From NCBI RefSeq assembly GCF_009914755.1, contig NC_060938.1: DNA of 64,000 nt, one strand, 5' to 3'. The DNA is from the human T2T-CHM13v2.0 reference genome, Homo sapiens. Below, in pieces: positions 56,772 to 64,000 of this stretch; positions within the stretch are counted from its first letter, which is position 1; every line of letters begins with the position of its first letter. The notes beneath the pieces were generated by a model. It saw nothing but the letters and a program-made list of their open reading frames with translations. It searched no databases and was not told where the DNA came from. A program made the position numbers and the translations under genes.

Positions 56772-59594
56772 AAAAAGATTAAAGTTTTAAATATTGATTG
56801 GGAACTTCAGACATTTGTAAATGAAATGGTCCATGAACTATTATATCACTATTATTTCTGTCTAGTAAAATAACCATTTGAAAATAAAAAAACATAATGT
56901 TGAGTAAAAAAAATTGATAAGCAAAAAGATAAATATATAATAATATATACATAACACATAGATATACACTCACATTTAAAACACACTGCAATAGTATATA
57001 GTCCTTATGGATACAACCATCAATAGAAGAAATATTTACAAATATATGGGGATAACCCACTGCAACTCCAGAATAGTGATTATCTTTGGAGAGGAATAAA
57101 AAGGATGAAAGGGTTAGAATCTAGATGTCACTATAAAATTTTATTTTGACAGAAAAAGATAAGTTACAAGCATGACAAAATGTTAAAATTTGTTAAATCT
57201 GGAAATCAGATAAATGGATGGATATTATTTTATGTTTTGCCAGATTGAAAGATTCTATTAAAAATTAAATCAAATACTCTACATATGTTTTACTATAGTC
57301 ATCTGAGTATATTAGCCTATTATGACTAGAACTGAACTGTATCTTGTTTTCACACATTAACTACATAGTTAGAACATTATAAACACATATGTTCTCTCAT
57401 TTTCCCACCCAAACCAAGGTAGGATAAAGTTCTCAGCTTTCCTTTACCATGACACGCCCCCAACCAAAACACTACTCTCAAACATTGCTACTTTAGCTTA
57501 GGCTATTTGTGAAATTCTCAGCCCCATCTAAAAAAGTAAGGAGCAATCTCCTATTGAATATCAGATTTTCCCAGTGTCTTAATGACAGCACAAGTGTCAT
57601 GAGTTATATCCTCACGGTCTAAAATAAATTTTAAAAGATGTTTAACATTCAGCTGGAAGGAAACTTAAACATCACTAAAACATAGCTCATAATTATAGCA
57701 ATTTAACATAGGAAAATTCATAATTAAATGCGTCCTAAGCAAAATTGTTTTTAAAATGAATTAACCGTATACTAGTATAATACATTTATATGAGGTTGTA
57801 GCTTACCCAACAGAATGATCAATTTTAAAAGTAGTTGAAAATTATATTAATGTATAGAAGTGGAAAAATGGTTATTATTACACTAAGAAAAACTATATTT
57901 TTGATACTATATGGTACAATGTTAAAATTTACACATCCAAAGAACAGAAGTTTTATTTGCCATTGTTTCATAGGATTTAACAAACCCTAGAGAGACCATA
58001 ATTCTGGAAATAATATGAAATCATGATTTACTTATTCTAAAAACCAAATCTTTGATTTCAAACAAATAGAGTAGAAGTGAGTGTCATGACTTATGAGAAA
58101 GATTCTGTGATGTTTAGAATTCAAACATTCCTGGACAATCGATAAGGAACAAATAAATTAGAGGGAAGTGTAGGATGGGTTATGGTTTCGATTCTTATTT
58201 CTGGGTAAGAAAGATAATAAAAAATTTGACATGAGCTCATAAGCACCTCATTATGTTATTTGAACCTATTGGACATACTGAATGTTTAAAAGGTACAGAT
58301 ACATTGTCTGCTTTCCACTTATTTGTGCCATGTTTCAAAACATAATGAAACAAAGAAAGCTTTGTGCGAGCTGTTTAAATAGATTCAGCCTTGTGGAGGT
58401 GTTAAACAGCGAAATTCCTCAGGAAACTCAACCATGCGTTTTGTGCCTTATCAGCTCTGCATAAATAATGCAGTGAGTCTGCCAAATTAAGAATCTCATA
58501 ATAGGTTGTTCAGATGGTGTTATTAGTAAGAGACTGGGATTGGACTGTGCTCTGCTGCGGGAAATGGGTAGATGACATTGGTGCGTAGGGAAACTGCACA
58601 TTAGTGGCAAGAACACAAAATTTAAAATGACAGAATAAGTGTGAGATGGAAAAACAGACAATGAAAGGATTTGAAAGAAACAAAAAAGATTCTCTTAATT
58701 AAATGTGATTATGCTTCTGTTACTTAAAAAAAGGAAATAAGAGTGGTATTGGGACTTATTTTTCTGATGGTTACAATTAAGCAGTGGGATTTTACCCCCA
58801 CCTCCCATCTTCATTTCTTTTAAACTTTCATTTTTGGTGGATGAATGCTAAAGTAGGTCTCAGACATGACTAATTTTAGCCTGGAAGCTATAAGAAATAA
58901 AAAGAATTTTGGAATGAAGGTTGTGAAATCAATCACTGGAATTTCTGCAAGTAATAACAGCATGCAGCTCTATTAAACATTGATAGATTCCTCTCCTAGA
59001 TTTTTTAAAACACCATATGTAATACTTACAGAGACAGGGTACTTGCAGTATAAAAAATTCTAAGTAGCCATTTTATTAAGGTCAAAATTGCAGAATAATA
59101 TTTCAGTTCCTAGGGCATCTTTAGAGTTTTGTTTTTGTTGTAGTTGTTGTTTTTATTAAAGCACTTCTCAAAATTACATTGTCATTTTAAAAATAGCAAC
59201 TACACTTGAATACTATCAATGTTGTAATTCATTAGATTCCTCTTAAAGGTGTTGCTTTAAATTGATGGCTCAGATTTTCTATAGCTATTGTCACCGTCAA
59301 ATAATTCAGAAAATGATTATTGAACAATTAGTGTATATGAGAAAATGTGATAGATGCAGGGGTTGGAAATGAAAAGAATCTTGTAGCTTAACCCTTGTAT
59401 TTAGGGAGCTTAATGTCTAATAGATATTTGGGGAATGAATGACTAGGGAAGGCTTTATGGAGAAAGTGGAGGTCAGACTGGGCTTTGAAGGATTCTTCAG
59501 ATTTTAAAAGCCATGTCCAAAAGAAAAGAAGGACATAGGTTCTGAAAACTTAAGAGTTCTAAGTAAGAAGAGACAGCTTTGTTTCAGGCCCAGC

Positions 59595-59690
59595 AAAGGT
59601 GCTTGACATCATTGATCACCAGAGAAATGCAAATCAAAATTGCAACGAGATACCATGTAACCCCAGTTAAAATGGCTTTTATCTAAAAGT
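59595..59690 (+). mobile_element. Isolated ~95-bp internal L1 ORF2 fragment (L1MA/L1PB-like)
   Basis: gacatcattgatcaccagagaaatgcaaatcaaaa...ccccagttaaaatggcttttatc; no poly-A or clear TSD. Confidence 0.8.
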
Positions 59691-60104
59691 CCTGCCCACC
59701 TGCATAAAAAGAGGAAACAATGCTAGAAATCAATTTATATCTAAAATACAGGTATGAATAAATTAAACCAGAGTATTTGAAATAAGAACATGCAGAAAGT
59801 TCTAAAATAAATTAGCCATTCAAAACTCAGAACCTCAGACACCTAGAGGGATCACTGAATTATTGCAATCAGTCCATGAATGGAATCTGAGCCCAGGCAC
59901 AGACTTAATAAATATTATCAATTGCAAATTTGCACCACTGTCTTTTGAAGCCTTTGTGAATGATAACAAATGTATTCACTTAATAGCAATGCTGCATTTT
60001 CTCAATGTAGTTACACTGAAAGAATAATGACTGGAATTTTGTATTATTTCATGGCTTTGTTCAAATTAAATAAACCATATATAAGTATTATACTATAATT
60101 ATAG

Positions 60105-60374
60105 TTTTTTAAATAATACATTAAGTTTTTGTGTGTGGGTACAAGTATGCTTTATTTATGGGGTACATATTTTGATATAGGCATATAATGCATAATAATC
60201 ACTTCAGGGTAAATGAGGTATTCATCACCTCAAGCATTTATCCTTTCTTTGTTTTACAAACAATCCAATTGTACTCTTTTAGTTATTTTAGAATATACAG
60301 TAAATTATTGTTGACTGTAGTCAACCTGCTGTGCTATAAAATACTAGACCTTATTCATTCTACCTATATATTTT
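60105..60374 (-). mobile_element. L1MA (MA2/MA3-like) 3' terminus
   Basis: tttatggggtaca...ctcaagcatttatcctttc...caaacaatccaatt...cttattcattct. Confidence 0.8.
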
Positions 60375-63300
60375 TTCAATTTTTTAAATATTTATTTTTG
60401 GAGTATACGGTAGGTGTATATATTTATGTGTTACATGAGTTATTTTGATAAAGACATGCAATATGTAACAATTATGAGAGTAAACCCATCACCACAAGTA
60501 TTTATCCTTTGTGTTTCAAACAATCCAATTATACTATTTTAGTAATTTAAAAATATACAATAAAATTATTTTTCTACTGCAGTCACCCTGTTGTGCTATC
60601 AAATACTAGGTATTATTCATTCTTTCTATTTTTTGTACTCATTAACCATCCCCACTTCCCTCCTCCTCCCACTATGCTTCCAACCCCCAGTAAACATCCT
60701 TCTATTCTCTGTCTCCATGAGTTTAATTGTTTTAATTTTTAGCTCCCACAAATAAGTGAAAACATGTGATGTTTGCCTTTCTGTGCCTGGTTTATTTCAT
60801 TTAACATTATTAACTTCTGATCCATTCATGATGCTGCAAATGACAGGATCTCATTCTTTTTATGGGTGAATAGTACTCCATTATGTATGTGTACCACATT
60901 TTCTTTATGCATTTATCTGTTGAAGGATACTTAGGTTGCTTCCAAACCTTAGCTATTGTGAATAGCACTGCAATAAACATGGCAGTGTAGATATTTCTTC
61001 AATATATTGATCCCCTTTCGTTTGGGTATATACCTAGGAACGGGATTGCTAGGTCATATGGCAGCTATATTATTAGTTTTTTGAGGAACCTCCAAACTGT
61101 TCTCCATGATGGTTGTACTAATTTACATTCCCACCAACAGTTTACAGAAGTTACCTTCTCTCCAAATACTCACCAGCATTTGTTATTGCCTGTCTTTTGA
61201 ATATAAGCCATTTTAACTGGGCTGAGATGATATCTCATTGTAGTTTTGATTTGCATTTCTCCAGTGATCAATAATGTTGAGAACCTTTTCATACATCTGT
61301 TTGCCACTTACATGTCTTCTTTCGAGAAATTCTAGTCAGATCTTTTGCCTGTTTATAATGAGATTATTAGATGTTTTTCCTATTGAATTGTTTGAGCTTA
61401 TTATATATTCTGGTAATTAATCCCTTTTCAGATGGGTAGTTTGCAAATATTTTATTCAATTCTGTGGTTGTCTCATCAATTTGTTGACTGTTTCCTTTGC
61501 TGTGCAGTTTTTTGACTTGATATGCTCCCACTTCTCTGTTTTTGCTTTGGTTGCCTCTGCTTGTGGGTTATTACTCAAGAAATCTTTCCCCAGTCCAATG
61601 TTTTCTAAGTTTCATAATTTCATGTCCTAGATAAAAGTCTTTAATCTGTTTCATTTTATTTTTGTATATAGTGACAGATAGGGGTCTAGTTTCATTCTTC
61701 TGTATATGGATATCCAGTTTTCCCAGCACCATTTATCAAAGAGATCATCCTTTCCCCAGTGTATGCTCTTGACAACTTTGTCCAAAAGAGTTTGCTTTAG
61801 ATGTATGGATTTATTTCTAGGTTCTCTATTCCGTTCCATTGGTATATGTGTCTGTTTTTATGTCTCTACCATGCTGTTTTTGTTACTATACCTCTACAGT
61901 ATAATTTGAAGTCAGGTAATATGATTCCTCCAGTTTTGTTCTTTTTGCTTAGGATAGCTTGGATTATTCTTGGTCTTTTGTGGTTTCATACAAACTTGTT
62001 TTTTCTATTTCTGTGAAGAATGTACTTAGGGATTGCATTGAATCTGTAGATTGTTTTGGGTAGTGTGAACATTTTAACAATATTGACTCTTCTAATCCAT
62101 GAACATGGAATATCTTTCCTTTTTGTGTGTGTTTCCCCTTTAATTTCTTGATTCAATGTTTTACAGTATTTCTTGTGGAGATCTTCCACGTCTTTGGTTA
62201 AGTTTATTCTGAGATATTTTATTTGTAGTTATTGTAAATGACAATACTGTCTTGATATCTTTTTCAGATTTCTTACTGATACCATATAGAAATGTTCCTG
62301 ATTTTTGTATGTGGAGTTTGTATCCTACAACTTTATTGAATATATTTATCAATTCTAATAGATTTCTTATGGAGTCTTTATCATTTCCAAATATAAGGTC
62401 ATATAATCTGCAAACAAGGATAATTGGACTCCTTCCTTTCCAGTTTGGATGCCTTTTATTTCTTTCTCTTCTCTGTAGCTAGGGCTTTCCAGTACTACAC
62501 CGAATAACGCTGGTGAAAGTGGGCATCCTTGTTGTGTTCCAGACCTTAGAGAAAAGGTTTTCAGTTTTCCCCATTCAGTATGATACTAGCTGTGGGTCTG
62601 TCATATATGACTTTTATTTTGTTGACTTATGTTCCTTCTTTACCCATTTTTTAAAAGATTTTTTCATGAAGGGATGTTGAATTTTATCAAATGCTTTTTC
62701 AGCATCAATTAAAATCATTTTTTCTCATTTCACTTTTCAAATGAAATTTTTTTCTTTCATTCTATTGATATGATGTAATACACTGATTGATTTGTGTATA
62801 TTGAACCATCCTTGCATTATGGGGTAATTTCCAGTTGGTCATAATGAATGGCCCTTTTATTGAGTTGTGGAATTTGGTTTGCTTGTATTTTGTTGAGGAT
62901 TTTTGCATTATTGTTCATCAGGGATACTGGCCTGTAATTTTCTTCTCTCTTTTCCTTTCTTCCTTTTTCTTCTCTCTCTCTCTTCTTTTCTTTTCTCCTC
63001 CCCTTCCTTCCTTTCTTTCTTTTTCTTTCTTTCTTTCCTTTCATGTGTCTTTGTGTGCTTTTGGTGTCAAGTAATACTGGCCTTGTAGAATAAGTTTACA
63101 AGTTTACCACTTCCTTCATTTTTAAAAATTAAGCAGAACTGGTATTAGTTCTTGTTTAAATGTTTTGTAGAATTCACCAATGAAGCAACCCAGTCCCAGG
63201 CTCTTCTTTGTTGATAGACTTTTTATTGCAGCTTTCATCTCATTACTTGTTATTGGTCTGTTCAGGTTTGGAATTTCCTTCGTGTTTTAATCTTGATAGG

Positions 63301-64000
63301 TTGTATATGTCTAACAATTGATCCACTTATTCTAGGTTTTCTAATTTATTGGCATATGGTTGCTCATATCAGCCTCTAATAATACTTACTGAAGTATCAA
63401 TTATCTCCTTTATCATATCTCATTTTATTTATTTTGGTCTTCTCTCTTTTATTCTTAGTCTGGCTAAATGTCTGTCAATCTTATTTATCTTTTTAAAATA
63501 CCAATTTTTGTTTAATTGCTCTTTTGTATTTTTTCAATTCATTTATTTCTGTTCTGATCTTTATTATTTCTTTTTTCTACTAATTTTGGGTTTGGTTTGC
63601 CTTTGCTTTTGCAGTTGTTTATTACGCATCACTGGAAACTATACAGGCCAGTGTAATTCTTTGAGACTAGTCTGCTGCTAGACCTGTTGGAGCTCCTTTG
63701 TATGTTATTTGTTTATTTTCTCTTGCAGAAGGGATATCTCTCTACAGCTATCACAGCTGGGGATATGCTGGGTCACAACTTAAGCCAGCACTGCTCTGAG
63801 TCTCACCCAAGCCTTTCAGCAAGTACTTCCTGGGTACCACGGCTGATTATTCAAGACCCAAGGGCTTTTTAGTCAGCAGATGATGAATTCTGCCAGGACT
63901 GGGTTCTTCCCTTCAAGGCTGCAAGTCCCTTCTGGCCCATGGCGTGTTTAGAAAAGTCATCCAGAAGTTAGGGCCTAGAATGGTGGTCTCGCAGTTCTGC
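60375..64000 (-). mobile_element. L1MA2-like element, internally deleted: 3'UTR, ORF2 remnant, short ORF1 piece, 5'UTR-like segment running off the window
   Basis: Antisense ORF2 peptides ([24 protein letters not shown]; [15 protein letters not shown]; [19 protein letters not shown]); ORF1 piece 63662-63727; L1M 5'-type sequence after 63728. Confidence 0.88.
62937..63042. repeat. Pyrimidine-rich (CT/CTTT) low-complexity tract inside L1 ORF2
   Basis: ~100 nt composed almost entirely of C/T. Confidence 0.9.

Overview
AT-rich, CpG-poor human genomic DNA; two AluYb8 elements, a human-specific subfamily, fix the species. I see no supportable protein-coding gene, RNA gene or CpG island, so the window is probably deep intronic or intergenic, and I cannot name the locus. 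Much of it is transposon relics: six Alus, a near full-length but dead ~5.7 kb primate L1 (51067-56771), a 1.5 kb L1PA 3' piece, several old L1M pieces, L2/MIR/L3 fragments, MaLR and ERV1-type solo LTRs, a Tigger-family element and a MADE1 MITE. The ORFs in the track are Alu/L1-derived or chance. The sequence does not support a new biological system. The real oddities are retrotransposition and repair scars: (i) the large L1 lacks ~500 nt of its 3' end yet carries ~115 nt of foreign DNA inside a perfect 15-bp TSD (candidate 3' transduction); (ii) two independent AluYb8 insertions lie 9.5 kb apart; (iii) an internally deleted L1M has a 20-bp micro-inversion at the junction; (iv) an isolated, tail-less internal L1 fragment is inverted relative to a nearby L1MA. 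Subfamily names are from recalled consensus sequences and need RepeatMasker/Dfam confirmation.
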